Positions 24,761-38,742 of a stretch of 64,000 nt of DNA are shown here, piece after piece. Within the stretch, counting starts at the first letter, position 1. Each line of letters starts with the position of its first letter. The notes beneath the pieces were generated by a model. It did no database searches. It was given only the letters and a program-made list of their open reading frames with translations, and was not told the origin of the DNA. The stretch is from the NCBI GenBank assembly GCA_010356995.1, contig ML996703.1:496001-560000 (forward strand), written 5' to 3'. The position numbers and the translations under genes are program-made. Source of the stretch: Trichodelitschia bisporula (lineage: Eukaryota).

Positions 24761-27700
24761 ATGGGCTTCCTTGGTGTGTACAGGGCTATATTTGACTACG
24801 CCCCGCAAGATGACAACGAGCTGGCTATTCAAGAAGGGGATTTGCTGTTCGTCTTACACAAGGACGATAGCTGGTGGAAAGCGAAGAAGAAGGCACAGTC
24901 TGAGGATGAGGATGAGCCCGAGGGCCTGATTCCGAACAACTACGTTGAGGAGGTGAGTCGATCGGGCACCTGTGCAGTTCCGAGTTGGGTTATGCGACAT
25001 CGGCTGGGCTCCGCCAGGAACTGCATCTGGCAGTGAATGTACTGAATGGATGGTATAGGCGCAGCAAATAGGCCGTGCAAAGGCGCTCTTTGACTACACT
25101 CGGCAAACCGACGAAGAACTCTCATTCACCGAAGATGCGACCTTGCAGGTGTTTGACACCTCGGACCCGGTCTGGACGCTAGTCGGATTCAAGGGCGAGT
25201 ATGGATTCGTTCCGACGTCATATATTGAGATCGAAGAAAACGCACCGTCTGCCCCCAGCCGGTCACGCCCAACGCCTCCTGAACCTGTTCATGAGCCTGA
25301 ACCCGAAGATGACGAACAGCCGGGCCCGCCTACGCCAAGCTCATCCAACGGCCCGGCGCATGGCGCGGCTGTGGCAATTGCTGGTATCATCAAGCAGCAG
25401 GCCGGTGGCTCGAGTGGCATCGGTTCCCGGCGTATAACCTCTCCGCCGCCTGCTGTTGTTCTACCTTCGCGCACTCAGTTTACCCCTGAGGAATCGGAGG
25501 AGGAAGCACCCGCTCCTAGGTTGCCGCAGCGCCCGCCTTCGCAGACGTCGTCTCCGCAGGTCGCATCACCGCCTACCATGTCGCATCTATCTTCCCTACG
25601 CGAACCGTCAATGGGCGTTGTCTCTTCCCCGCCATATAACCGGCAGATGATGTCTCGTAACGCAGACGAGGAAGACGGCCTCCGGTCACCCGGTGGCTAT
25701 CACCTGTACAACATCCACGAGATGATGGAGGCCATAGGCAAGAGCAAGAAGATGCCAACTACTTTGGGAATAAACATTGCCAAGGGAATCATCATGATCT
25801 CCCCCGAACAGTCTAAGGACTCGCAAGAGTGGACTGCTGAGAAGCTGACTAACTACTCCATTGAGGGCAAGCACGTGTTCATGGAGCTGGTCCGACCTTC
25901 AAAAAGTATTCATTTCCATGCGGGCGCGAAGGACACTGCTCATGAGATTGTGTCCGCTTTGGGCGAGCTTGCAGGTGCTGCCCGGGCTGAAGGCCTGCGT
26001 GAGGTGATCGCGGCCGGTTCGGGCCATGGCCAAAAGAAAGGCAAAATGCTTTACGACTTTGTGGCAGATGGCGACGATGAAGTCAGCGTATCGGTCGACG
26101 ATGAGGTTATCATTCTGGACGACACTAAGAGCGACGAATGGTGCATGGTTCGACGTCTGAAGAACGGCAAGGAAGGTGTCGTCCCGCGCAGCTATGTTGA
26201 GATCACCGGCACTACCTCCATCCCCTCCCCAAGTACCAGCGGCCTTAACGCAGGTCGGTCGTTCGTCGAGCAGAACAGGATTGAGGAGGAGCGGTTGGCG
26301 AGTCAGGCAGTGCGTTCTACTAGGAACGAGTCTGTGGCAGAGGTAGGCCCTGGATTGAGGTTGCCCGCGCGCAATAGTAGTCTGATGTACGATGATAATA
26401 AGCGGCGCTCCACTTCGCGAGGTAGACGTGAAAGCAGCGAGCCGAAGACTCGTAAGTTCTAACTCATCCGCTGTTGCGTTGCATTACTGACAGCTTCAGT
26501 ACCCAATCCGAACAAGATCCGTACCTGGACCGATCGAACCGGTTCCTTCAGGGTTGAAGCCGAATTCACCGGACTTAAGGACGAGAAGATTCATCTGCAC
26601 AAGCTGAACGGCATCAAGATCGCAGTCCCGGTTACGAAGATGTCCATTCAGGATTTGGAGTTCGTGGAGAATGCTACTGGCGTGTCTTTGGACGAGCTGA
26701 AGCCGCTTTCTGACATCAAACGTAAGCGTTCTAAGGTCCAAAAGGAGCCCGCAGTCGGAGCCGTGATTGAAAAGAAGCCCGAATACGACTGGTTCGACTT
26801 CTTCCTCCAATGTGGCGTCAATCCCCAGATCTGCGAACGTTACGCAAACGCATTCCGCCGGGATCAGATGGGTCAGGAGGTCTTGCCGGATGTCAGCCCT
26901 GAACTGCTCCGGACCCTCGGCCTCAAAGAGGGGGACATTTTGCGCGTGATGAAGTTCCTGGATAACAAATACGGCCGACCTAAGCGCAGTGTGACTATCG
27001 GTGGCTCCTCCGTTATCGAAGACGGCGCTACAAGCCCGGGCGGGCTTTTTACAGGTCCCGCAGGTGCGCTGAAAGACAACACGCGGAAAGGCCGTCCCGC
27101 TCCTCCCGTTGAGACCAAGAATGAAGTGGATCCCGGAGTGTTCAAGCAGAAGGATCCCGAAGCTAAGAGTGATACTATGGCCACTCCCCTCGCTTCAGCG
27201 CCCCCGCCTGCGAAGTCGGTCGGGTTTGATGACAATGCCTGGACACCGCGGCAGCCGAGCTCACCGCCTCCAGCTTCCACCGCGGCCTCTGCCGCTCCAG
27301 CACCGGCACCAGCGCCTGCGCCAGCTCCTGCCCCCGCGCCGGTGCAGTCGATGAGCGAGAACCTCGCCGCGCTCGCTCTCCTCAACCCGCCCCTCGTACC
27401 AACTCCTGCCGCTCAGCCTACTGCTCCGCAGCAGGCTTCTCCGCAATTGCAGCCGGCCCAACTTACGCAAGCTCCCGGCGCTACTCCTTCGCTCTTTGAA
27501 CAGCTGGCGAAGGCGCCGCCCGCAGCACGGCCCCAGCAAGCTCAGCCTACCGGATACGGCCAGCCACAGCTCAACGTTCCCCGACAGCGTCCGACTGCTC
27601 CGCAGCAGCTCCACAGTCAAAACGCGGTTATCCCTCCTCCACCTCGCGCAGCTTCAGCACCGCAAAATGTTAACCAACAAAGCGCCTTCCAAGCTCCCCC

Positions 27701-28364
27701 TCTCCAGCCCCAACTCACCGGCTACCAACCCATGCTCCATCAGCCAATCTCCCCACCCGGTCAGAGCCTACAAGACCTCAACCAGCAGCGTTTTATGCCG
27801 CAGCAAACGGGCTACATGCCACCGCAACCCACCGGTTACGGTCAGATGCCAATGGGTCTCATGCCCCAGCCAATTGGTTACGGCCAGTTCCCGCTCCAGC
27901 CGCAGATGACCGGCTACGCGCCACAGTACCTAAACGGCCAGCCGACGGGCAGCCCCTTCTCCGATCCACCCCGCCCGCCCTTTCAGCCCCAGCCCTCGGG
28001 CCTGTCGCAGACCTACGGGCCGCTCCAACCCCAGCCGACCGGCATCAACGCCGTCTTGCCGCCGCCACTCGTGCCGCAGCAGACAGGTTTGGTTCCGCAG
28101 CAGACCGGTTTCGGTCAGCGTCCCGGATTTGGCATACCACCAATGCCGCCTATTCCCCAGGGCCCGACGGCACAGCCGCTGATGCCTCAGAAGACCGGGC
28201 CGCCACCGCCGGTCAAGTTTGGCGTTCAGCCTGGGGAGAAGAAGTTGGCGCCGCAACCGACTGGGCGGCGGGCGAACTTGGCACATGCTAGTAAGTGCTA
28301 TGGAGTGTCTTGAATGAATATGCTGCTGACTAGTGTAGCTCCGGCAAATCCATTTGGGTTTTAG
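24761..28364 (+). CDS. SLA1: Actin cytoskeleton-regulatory endocytic adaptor Sla1
   Basis: Three SH3 domains (AIFDY..WW..GLIPNNY; ALFDY; MLYDF..GVVPRSY), SHD1 (RTWTDRTGSFRVEAEF), SAM-like SHD2 (YDWFDFFL), QPTG repeats, terminal NPFGF*. Confidence 0.96.
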
Positions 28365-29296
28365 CTATGTTTTGTGTCCTTTCATGGCGCGTCTCAGGAC
28401 GCGGTAATGGTGGTGTTGCTTAACTGGCCGTTTGCTCCTCCTTTCACCTCCTTCCCAGATTCCCGCTATCCGGTTTCGCTTAGGAGCAGAACCTTGTTGT
28501 TGTGTTAGCGATTAAACTCTTCGGGCCTTCATTTGTGTTTTGTTTCTCCCCCTGGGGTGTCGTAGAGGGAAGCTGCATCGAAGCGCTTGGGTGTGGATTG
28601 GGATGGAAGGTGAGTGCGTTTGAGCTTGTAGTTGATAGCGTGGTGCAGGAGAATGGATGGCTTTGAGTATGGTACTTTAGCATCAACTTGAGTGCGAGGA
28701 ATGTATGTCAGTTTATTGATTGCAGTGAACGTAATGCTCATGTAGGTATGATCTCACAACTAACGAATATTTCAGTAGCTAAATCTTGCAGCACCCATCC
28801 CAACCCACCATCCTCAGCATCGTGACCCAGAAAACGTCAACAAGAAGTTCCATTCGATCCAAAAAAGCTAGCATTCATGAACATGCTGGATATACCACCT
28901 CTAACTCCGCACCAAATGCCACCACCATTGGGAATTCGGATAAAACGAACAGCGTACACACTGGCTAGTTCTAAGGTCTTTGTCCGGACAATCAAGCGCC
29001 AAATGCGGACATCTGGCCTTTGAAGCACACTTACTGCGCGTTGTGCTTTATGGAGAGGACTCAAAGTTGCCAAAGGATTGAACTCTATGGCTAGCAGTGG
29101 TCAACTTTCATACCACGCATGAAGCTCATCACCACCACAGCAGGGTATCTTTATCGTACAGCTTTTCCACCATGCTTCCGCAGCCATCTGCCCAATGTAC
29201 AGAACCAATGCCAATTGTGAAAAAGCAAGACTCATTTCCCATGGCTAAACATCTGCCAAATCGACATCCGCAAATAACCCGACAGTCAACATTTCG

Positions 29297-30005
29297 TCAC
29301 GAAGGCATAGTCCTAGAATGTTAGTACCGGCCTTTAAATGGGAGATCTGCACCATCCTTACCCGAGGTAGTCCTAGGTAATACGGTTAGCAAATTCCATG
29401 CCTCAAATTATAGAGCGCACTCACTTCTTTGATCGTCGCAATCGCATACATCGTGCCTAACTCGTTGCGAACCCCCTTGATCTTGATGCGAACTTGCGAT
29501 CCCTTTTCAATGACCTGCTCGCCATTATCCGACCACTGCGGCGGTGTTGCGTGGCCGTCGAACTTGATTTCCGAAGGAATCATCTACCTGGTTTAGTAAA
29601 GTGATCGAGGCGCAAATAGAACATACCGTCTTCGCAACGAAGGCTTGGAGCGGGCCAATCTCAACGAAGAAGCCAGCTTCAGAAACGGATGTGACTTCGC
29701 CGTCCATCTAGTGCACAGCGTCAGAAGCTATACTATGCAGGTTCCAGACTACGTACGACTTCTCCCTTGAATGGCTTCCAGACAACTGCCTTGTAGTGAA
29801 CATTGAACTCGGCGAAAGCCCGGCCGGGTATAACGCGTCCCTCAGAGAAGTCGTACTGGTCGAGGACACACACCACAAAGTAGTCGCCTACGTTTTTGCC
29901 TTCAACATCCTCTATTAGTTGCTCGCTTAGGAATCTTTGAATATTTGGTCCGAAAAAGGACGGGTGCAGGCTGATAAGCCGTTCTTCATCCTTGAGGAAG
30001 AACAT
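29297..30005 (-). CDS. RPB7: RNA polymerase II subunit Rpb7
   Basis: MFFLK..LHPSFFGP..WKPFKGEV/DGEVTSV..GFFVEIGPL..AIATIKE/DYLG/TMPS*; last intron has a TACTAAC branch site. Confidence 0.94.
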
Positions 30006-30545
30006 AGTGTTGCGATGATGGAATCCGAATCAGCGTCGAGATTGAGCGGCGCTGGCGTCGGCCGTGGATCAGCCGACGCAAGACTGAATCCTTGGTGTTT
30101 GCCGGCCTAGGTACAGAATCCACAGCTAAGCCAGAGCGTGAGGATGCCGGTAACACTTTTGCTGGGGAGAGATGGTCAGTACTGTCAGCTGTAGCTTGTT
30201 GGAGGTTGCAAGACAACGTAAACTGAATGAATGTTGTCAGGAATGGTCCTTGTGCAACAGCTCTCTTGGCATTTGATATGAGGCCCCTGCATTGGACTCA
30301 GAATGCCAAGATCCCAAATCCGTCCACCGAGGTTTTTCCGGTCAAATGTCATGTGAAATCCCTCGCGACTCGCACGGTTCGTCATCCGTGGGTATGCTGT
30401 GGTCTTGGGCTCTAAATTAAACTCTTGACACGCCCAGAGATTCCCCTCCTCGAGGTCACCGGTTGCACATCAAGCCTTTGGCTTACCATGTCCGCGTTGT
30501 CTTTGCGTTAAGGATCCCGAGAAGAAGTGGTTCTTGTTGTACAAC

Positions 30546-31339
30546 ATGTCGCTGAATCTCGAAAAGCAGTTGCGCTTCGTACGTGTTCGGTCCCGTCGTT
30601 TCGCCAGACTACTTACCCACTGTTCAGTATGGAGCATATCATCATAATCCGGTTCGGCAACCCTCAACCCTTCAAGAGCCAGGGGAGATGGTGTGGAGCG
30701 GCAACACCATTTCGCCTTGCCCACTCTTTCTCGGCTCTTGTGTTGACTCCGGACGTGCATTAGGTAAACATCGGGATTCACATAACCTGCGTTCCCTTGA
30801 TCTTGATGACCGCATTCTTGCTGGTATGTCCTCCTTGTATGCATTTGACGCAAGCTTATCGCCCCAAGGCCTCAAATTCGCCTGCCATAGCTGTTCCTGA
30901 CGCGTTCCAAATCCCCAACTTGCCCCTCAACGCCGGGACCATCGCCGCCTCTCTATATTCGGTCCTCTACATACTGATGGAGCCCGTTGCCGGCGCTGCA
31001 CTCTTCCCTCTGATTATGGGAGGAACAGCTTATGCTAACCATTTGCTGCAAACATATGGAGCCACGGCCAACTACTGGGCTCTTGGGCTGAATTTTGTCG
31101 CCTGGATAGCTCAGTTCGTTGGTCATGGCAAGTTCGAAGGCCGGGCACCTGCGCTCTTGGACAACCTCATTCAAGCATTTTTCCTGGCTCCTTTCTTCGT
31201 CTGGTTCGAGGTGCTCTTCTCTCTCGGCTATCGCCCAGAGCTCAAGGCGAGGCTCGATAAGGCTGTTGAGCAGGAAATCAAGAAGTTTCGTGAGGCAAAG
31301 GAGACGAAACAGGAGAATGGATCTTCAAAGGCAGAGTGA
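30546..31339 (+). CDS. MPO1: DUF962 / Mpo1-like 2-hydroxy fatty acid dioxygenase
   Basis: Spliced MSLNLEKQLRF/YGAYHHNP/VNIGIHITCVP; WIAQFVGHGKFEGRAPALLDNL..APFFVWFE. Confidence 0.88.
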
Positions 31340-32044
31340 GATTCTGGGGATGTCCCTGAGGTTGCAGATTACAGTCACAAGATGGAAGAGGTATGCGTAT
31401 TCATCTTTTCAATATTGACGGTTTCTATCCGATGTACATGGTTATGCTGTATACACCCCAAATGAGACGCGACTTTGGATTTCCAATTCTTTGAGGACAG
31501 AAGATGCTGTGGGTGGAGATCTGTCGGATGATGAAGAAGGGGGAAGTCGAGTGGGGGCGCTGTCAGCTCGTGTCGGGTATACCGTATAATTGAACCCCAC
31601 ATTGAAATTGGCGAGATTATCTAAACAGCGGAAAAATGCATGTTGCTCGTGGAGGCATCGGGACACTGAAATCGCCAGGGAGAGTACTTCAAAGGATTCA
31701 AGTGTCACAGCTAACTTGAAAGCTTTGTTTACTGCACCATCGTCACAGGGTCTGCGTCTCATGGCCGACGGGTCCCCAAGGCGCGAACGGAGCAAAGGTG
31801 TTTTTCAGGGCTCAACATCATTGGACCGGAAGATCCAGGCCTGTGTGACCCACTTTCCGAAATCACGTGGATGTGAGCGGCTTGGCGCAAGCTGGCTGCC
31901 CGAGGAGCAACTCTCGCTTTTCCTTCTCCAGACTCCGAGCGCTGTTTTTCATCACCACCCATCACCCATTCCACCATCATAACCTCTGCTCCAATACCAA
32001 TTGGTAGCGGAGTGCCTCAATAGAGCTTCTTGAGCACATACATC

Positions 32045-34082
32045 ATGTTCAGGAACGCCCTTAGACAGTCTTCGCGCGCGGTCGGTGCAGTCTCTGCGAC
32101 CGGCAGAGTTGCTGCCGTAAGTACCCCCCTCAACCATCCTTCACCACCTCTATCTTCTCAATGGTGATCATAAATGGCATCAAATACAATGATATCAACT
32201 GGTCGGCCGTTGTTCATGTTTTTATGGCATCGTTTCGGTTGTCCTTGCGACCTTGCCAGCTCCGCGACATAACCGAGCGCTAACTTTTTCTTTTGCGCCC
32301 TAGGTCCGGACGTCGCCGGCGGTCTACAACGCTGCATCCAAGCAACTTCGCGGATACGCTGCCGATGCAAAGGCCTCCCCAACTGAGGTTTCCTCGATCC
32401 TCGAGCAGCGCATTCGTGGTGTTCAGGAGGAGGCCAACCTTGCTGAGACTGGCCGTGTCCTGTCTGTTGGGTACGATTGCCTGACAAAGCGCATGTTAGA
32501 CAATCTCTAATACGACAATAGTGACGGTATCGCTCGTGTCCATGGCATGAACAATGTCCAGGCTGAGGAACTGGTTGAGTAAGTTATCGCAGTCCAGTTT
32601 TCGGCCATAGCTGACTATGAAGGTTCGCCTCGGGTGTCAAGGGTATGTGCATGAACTTGGAGGCTGGCCAAGTCGGTGTCGTGCTTTTTGGTTCCGACAG
32701 ACTTGTCAAGGAAGGCGAGACTGTTAAGCGGACTGGCGAGATTGTGAGTGTCCTTTCTCCACAATTTTTCATGCTAATGAGAACAGGTTGATGTCCCCGT
32801 CGGCATGGAGCTGCTCGGGCGCGTCGTTGACGCTCTCGGCAACCCGATCGACGGCAAGGGCCCTCTCAACACCAAGGAGAAGCGCCGCGCCCAGCTCAAG
32901 GCCCCCGGCATTCTGCCCCGGCACTCTGTCAACCAGCCGGTGCAGACCGGTCTGAAGTCCGTCGACGCCATGGTGCCTATTGGCCGTGGTCAGCGTGAGC
33001 TTATCATTGGCGATCGTCAGACTGGCAAGACCGCCGTCGCTCTTGACGCCATGTTGAACCAGAAGCGCTGGAACAACGGCAACGACGAGACCAAGAAGCT
33101 CTACTGCGTCTACGTTGCCGTCGGCCAGAAGCGTTCCACCGTCGCCCAGCTCGTCAAGACTCTGGAGGAGAACGACGCCATGAAGTACTGCATCATCGTT
33201 GCTGCCACCGCTTCCGAGGCTGCCCCTCTGCAGTACATTGCCCCCTTCGCCGGCTGCTCCATGGGTGAATGGTTCCGCGACAACGGCAAGCACGCTCTGA
33301 TCATCTACGACGATCTGTCCAAGCAGGCTGTTGCTTACCGCCAAATGTCGCTGCTGCTCCGTCGTCCCCCTGGCCGTGAGGCTTACCCCGGCGAGTGAGT
33401 ATTTTTTTATCATGCTATTTCTAATACTAATGATATGAACAGCGTTTTCTACCTGCACTCGCGTCTTCTCGAGCGTGCTGCCAAGATGAGCGACAAGCAC
33501 GGCGGTGGCTCCCTGACTGCTCTGCCCATCATTGAGACCCAGGGTGGTGACGTATCGGCCTACATTCCGACCAACGTCATCTCTATCACTGATGGCCAGA
33601 TCTTCTTGGAAGCCGAGCTGTTCTACAAGGGTGTCCGCCCGGCCATCAACGTCGGTCTGTCCGTGTCGCGTGTCGGCTCAGCTGCCCAGCTCAAGGCCAT
33701 GAAGCAGGTCGCTGGTAGCTTGAAACTCTTCTTGGCTCAGTACCGTGAGGTTGCTGCTTTCGCTCAGTTCGGCTCTGATCTGGACGCTGCCACTAAGCAG
33801 ACCCTCAACCGTGGTGAGCGTCTGACCGAGCTCCTGAAGCAGAAGCAGTACTCGCCCATGGCTGTCAACGAGATGGTTCCCCTCATTTTCGCTGGTGTCA
33901 ACGGTCATCTTGACCAGGTTCCCGTCGGCCGCATCCTTCAGTGGGAGGCTGACTTCCTGGCTCACCTGCGCAGCAACGAGTCCGAGCTTCTTGCCACCAT
34001 CGACAAAGAGGGTGCTCTTAGCAAGGACCTTGAGGCCAAGTTGAAGGATGTCGTTTCGAGCTTCACGAAGAGCTTCTTGTAG
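32045..34082 (+). CDS. ATP1: Mitochondrial F1-ATP synthase alpha subunit
   Basis: Presequence [24 protein letters not shown]-loop; PPGREAYPG; multiple introns. Confidence 0.98.
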
Positions 34083-35199
34083 ACTGGTTGGAGCAGAGTA
34101 TGTCCTTGATGTTGCACAATATCGCGGCGTGAGGATATACTGATAGCTTTGAGCAGTAGATGTAATATACAAAGCGTCCCTAGCCTCTTCATTGTTGTGA
34201 ATCCTTGGGTAGATGTATGGCTGCGGTGTTGTGAAAACACTACAACGGGAGCGTTCCAATTATTGATTTTATGCTACCGTCTTGTCTACGCGTCTCCTGT
34301 GATTCGGCAGCTATGGTAAAGCTCGACTCTGTATTTACATAAAATTTCAGCTTTTTCTTTGCTCTCCACTGCTAAGATGTTTGCAGTGCCGGCTTCTGCG
34401 TCGTGAAAGAATCGAATTTCACGCCCGAGACTGAGGCTGAGGTTGAGGCTATGTTCTGTAGCTTCGCGAGTTCTGGCTCGGTCTGGATGAAGATAACCGC
34501 GGTCTCCTGCATGTCCAGGGAGAAGATAGACGTTCAGTTGTGCACAATTGATTTGACATCAACTCTCGTCATATAGATGATCGGTCAATGTCGAGGTCTT
34601 GCCTAGCATCCGCGCAACAAAGTTCCGCAACCACGGATACGAACCATCGGGACTCGTTAGCGTCAAGGCCTGGCATCGGGAGCTCCTGTATGCTGAAAGC
34701 GAAGGTCCTCCAATGACCCTTCGTGAGAGATGCGATGGGCAGTCTGAACGGATATATCGTACGATTGACACTTGGGATACCATGGTTTTCTTCATGCCAG
34801 CCATTCGCACAATCCGGGTTGTTTAAGTGACTTCCAACCCGGTTCGCTACAGCAATCCTCGATCATACACCATAGATGGTAACCTTGCCGATTAGCAGCT
34901 CTGCACTTCTGTCGTGCCCGTGGGAATATTGAGACTACTGAAATGATTCACTTGTGGGTTTGCTGGCTCCTCTTGGCCTCTCAAGATGACGGCACCTTTT
35001 GTGAGATGTGCATACGGAGGTGGCTGTCCGTTGGGATGTGGCTTGTTAGTGGGGTCCTTGTCCAATTGGGGGCATCCTCCGCCACAGCGCTGGCAGAGCT
35101 GCATGGATAAACTCACCGCCCCTCGCAGCTCTACACCAGCGACACTCCACTCCTCAGCCTCTCCCACATTTGCAAACTTGCTTCAATTTACTTTCCAAC

Positions 35200-36827
35200 A
35201 TGCACGGAGAAGTACTGCACATTCACCTTGGGCAGGCTGGTACACAGCTGGGTAACAGCGCCTGGGAGCTGTGAGTATATAGTGTTTGGTTGTCTCGCGA
35301 CCCTGGACCCAGTATTCAACTAACTACCCCTACCAGCTACCTCCTGGAGCATGGCTTGAAGGCCGACGGCAAGCCTGACCCAGAGACTGCAGAAGCGATC
35401 GAGGGAGTCTCTTTTGAGACTTTCTTCACCGAAACTGGGAGCGGTAAATACGTCCCTCGTTCCATCTTCGTCGACCTGGACCCCTCCGTACGTTGAAATA
35501 TATATCCAACTCTCTGCGGAATCACACCTGTTGCTGACACCTGCCAGCCAATCGACGAAATCCGCACTGGTCCCTACCGCCAGCTATTCCACCCTGAACT
35601 CCTCGTCAGCGGCAAGGAAGATGCTGCCAACAACTGTGAGAGACAGCCGAACAGCTTGACTTGGAGAAGCTAACACGAAACACCAGATGCTCGCGGTCAT
35701 TACACCATTGGCAAGGAGCTCGTAGATGATGTGATTAATCGGATTCGCCGTGTCGCAGGTATGATTGGTCCCTCATCTGCGAGCTCTGATTGACGATCCC
35801 TAGACAACTGCTCTTCCCTCCAGGGCTTCCTCATCTTCCATTCCTTCGGCGGTGGCACCGGCTCGGGGTTCGGTGCGTTGCTGCTCGAACGACTTTCTGC
35901 CGACTATGCCAAAAAGTCAAAGCTCGAGTTCGCCATCTACCCAGCCCCGCGTGTCTCTACCTCTGTCGTCGAGCCGTACAATGCGGTACTTTCCACACAC
36001 AGCACCATCGAAAACTCCGACTGCACATTCCTGGTGGACAATGAGGCAGTTTACGACATCTGCCGTCGGAATCTCGACATTCCACGCCCTGACTATGAGC
36101 ACCTGAACCGTCTCATTGCTCAGGTTGTCAGCTCCATCACCTCGAGCCTTCGCTTCGACGGTGCGCTCAATGTCGACCTCAATGAGTTCCAGACCAATCT
36201 GGTACCCTACCCGCGCATCCACTACCCGCTGATCAGCTACGCTCCGGTCATTTCCACCAAGAAGAGCTCGCACGAGAGCTTCAAGGTTCATGACTTGACG
36301 TTCCAGTGCTTCGAGCCAAACAACCAGATGGTTGTTTGCGATCCCCGCAACGGCAAGTACATGGCCGTTGCGCTCCTCTACCGCGGTGATGTCGTGCCTC
36401 GCGATTGCAGCGCTGCAATTGCTGCTCTGAAAGCCAAGGCATCCTTCAACCTCGTTGAATGGTGTCCGACTGGCTTCAAGCTCGGCATCAAGTGAGTCGG
36501 CACCGTTGCTTTTAGTCGCATATTTTCTGACATTTTAACAGTTACCAGAAGCCGGTCCGCGTTCCCGGTGGCGAGCTTGCGCCTGTTGACCGCTCGGTTA
36601 GCATGCTTTCCAACACGACCGCTATAGCTGAGGCATGGAGTCGTCTTGATCACAAGTTTGACCTCATGTACTCTAAGCGTGCCTTTGTTCATTGGTATGT
36701 CGGTGAGGGTATGGAGGAGGGTGAGTTCTCCGAGGCACGCGAGGACCTGGCGGCCCTCGAGAAGGACTACGAGGAAGTAGCCAGCGACAGCGTTGATGAT
36801 GATGGACTCGCCGAAGCGGAGTACTAA
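35200..36827 (+). CDS. Alpha-tubulin, divergent alpha-2 (tubB-like) isoform
   Basis: [61 protein letters not shown]-terminal EY. Confidence 0.95.
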
Positions 36828-37383
36828 ACGGCGTCGGGTATTGAAAGCTTGATGAACACATCCGGAACTAGAGGTGCAATGAGTCCAGCGTAAATGATAT
36901 GGAGCGTTATGGCTAGCTGTCTTCCCTTCCGTTGGGCTCGGGTGGTGGAGAAGCGTAGTGGAGTCCTGGAAAGTGCTTCGAGCTCTCATTAAAGAGGCGA
37001 CCTGAGTGACGTTTGTCGCCAGATAACGCTTTGCTTCGAAAATATTCAGCGGATTATGCCAATGTCAGTGCAGGCGCTGTTAGTGTGCGAGTCTGAAGTA
37101 GTCGGAAGGTGACCCTTGCGCCTTTGCGGGCACGCCCAACAACCGTGCAGGCCGGTAGAGATCACAAGTGGAGTGATCATCCTTTCACCCAGCAGCTATT
37201 ATCCTTGCTTAGACCTTAATTCAACCTACTACGTACACGATCGAAAAGCTCGAAGAGCTCGAGAATAATCAAAAACTGCAGGGTCTCATCACACTCTAAA
37301 AAGCAACGTCACGGCATCTGAATTGACAAGCGTAGGGGGCGATCTTGCAAAACTCTCTACCGTACACAACACCCTCTGACATC

Positions 37384-38742
37384 ATGATTTCTTTCAATTT
37401 CGGTATCCCTCGGCTGGGGCTTAGCAGGCGTTCACCGTATATCGATATCCCTCCGGTACAAACCCCCGATATCGAGACGGCAGTTGAGAAGCAGCCGAGG
37501 ACCGTGAAGCACCTCGTGAAGGCAAACCATGCCAACAATTCTATCTTCTACCACAACCTCCAATTCTGCAATCATTTCCCGCACCTGGTGGCATCAGCGT
37601 ACCTGTTTGGGGCAGATAGTAGGCACCTCAATGATATCTACGACCATGAGAACAAGCAGCTGGAGCCTTGGGCGGACTCGCCGGGAGAGATTTCGCGGGA
37701 GGACTGGAGAGACTTTCTAGGGAAGAGAGAGTGCGCCCCTCCTCCCCTTCCACAGATACCGCCACCTCGGATGAAGCTGATCCTGCTAGGTACCAACGTG
37801 CGTTTGTCGACTTCTTTGAGGATCAGCTGGTTCTACACAGCTACGACTGGAAAGAGTTGATCCATGCCTATCTCCTGGATGGCAAAGGGCCTCTCATAAA
37901 CAACATGATCGGAGCACGTATGCCACCTCCTCCAGGTTTGGTTTCTTCAAGCTAATGTGCAAAACGTAGTCGGACATCCGTTGATTCATCTGGGCTACGC
38001 GTTTGAACTCTCGTCACCGACATTGGCCATCGAGGCGCTAGCCATGACAAGCTGTGCTCACAATTTCCTGCACAAGTATCTCGATGACCCTTCATATACC
38101 AAGCCTTCTATTCTAGCGGCGTCAACGCCGCTGGATATCCTAGGCAAGATCGCACAGGATCCACGATTTGACCTATTCTCAACGCCAGGCTCGGGCAATA
38201 TCGCGCCGTTGTTCGAGGCTCAGGAAGCGGCGGTCCTGGAGTACTGGAATGCGTGGGATCTCAGCAACGCGAAGGAGCAGTTCGAGAAAAGTCAAGAGGC
38301 AGCCGTGGCCATGCTGGTTGGAACGCATGAGTCCGACAGCAAGTACGACTTCTTTCTAGTGCACCTTTTGACTACATCGCATGCTGTGCGAATAGTCTTA
38401 CCTTGCATTCCGGCCCAGCATCAGATCTCGGTGGTTAAACAGTGGTGGCTTTTAGCTATTGCAGTGTACATCGCACAGCTGCGGCCCAAAATCGACCTGG
38501 GCCGAATCAACGGGGTCGACATAAAGGGTAGGGATTGGCAGTCCGTCGATAAAGCGGCGCTCACGGGCAAGGGCGCGCTCGATGCCCACTACGTCAAGGC
38601 TCTGAGGGCGATGAAGGAGGCTGCGAAGACGTGGGGTAACGAGAGGTACTACCTTAGCGCAGCGCTCGGGTTCATCGACGGATTTGGAGGTTGGGGTGGA
38701 TTTTCAAAGCAAAGCGAGACCGATAGCTACCACTACGAGTGA
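37384..38742 (+). CDS. Questin oxidase-like / AflY-HypA family (DUF4243) protein
   Basis: FCNHFPH, GHPLIHLGYAFE, YDFFLVHLLT, DAHYVKALR motifs; 2 introns. Confidence 0.82.

Noticed and set aside
32769..34259. Long antisense ORFs opposite ATP1 (similar ones lie opposite RPL21, erdS, tubulin and chitinase)
   Set aside because: Expected shadows of strong GC3 codon bias; no independent protein motifs.
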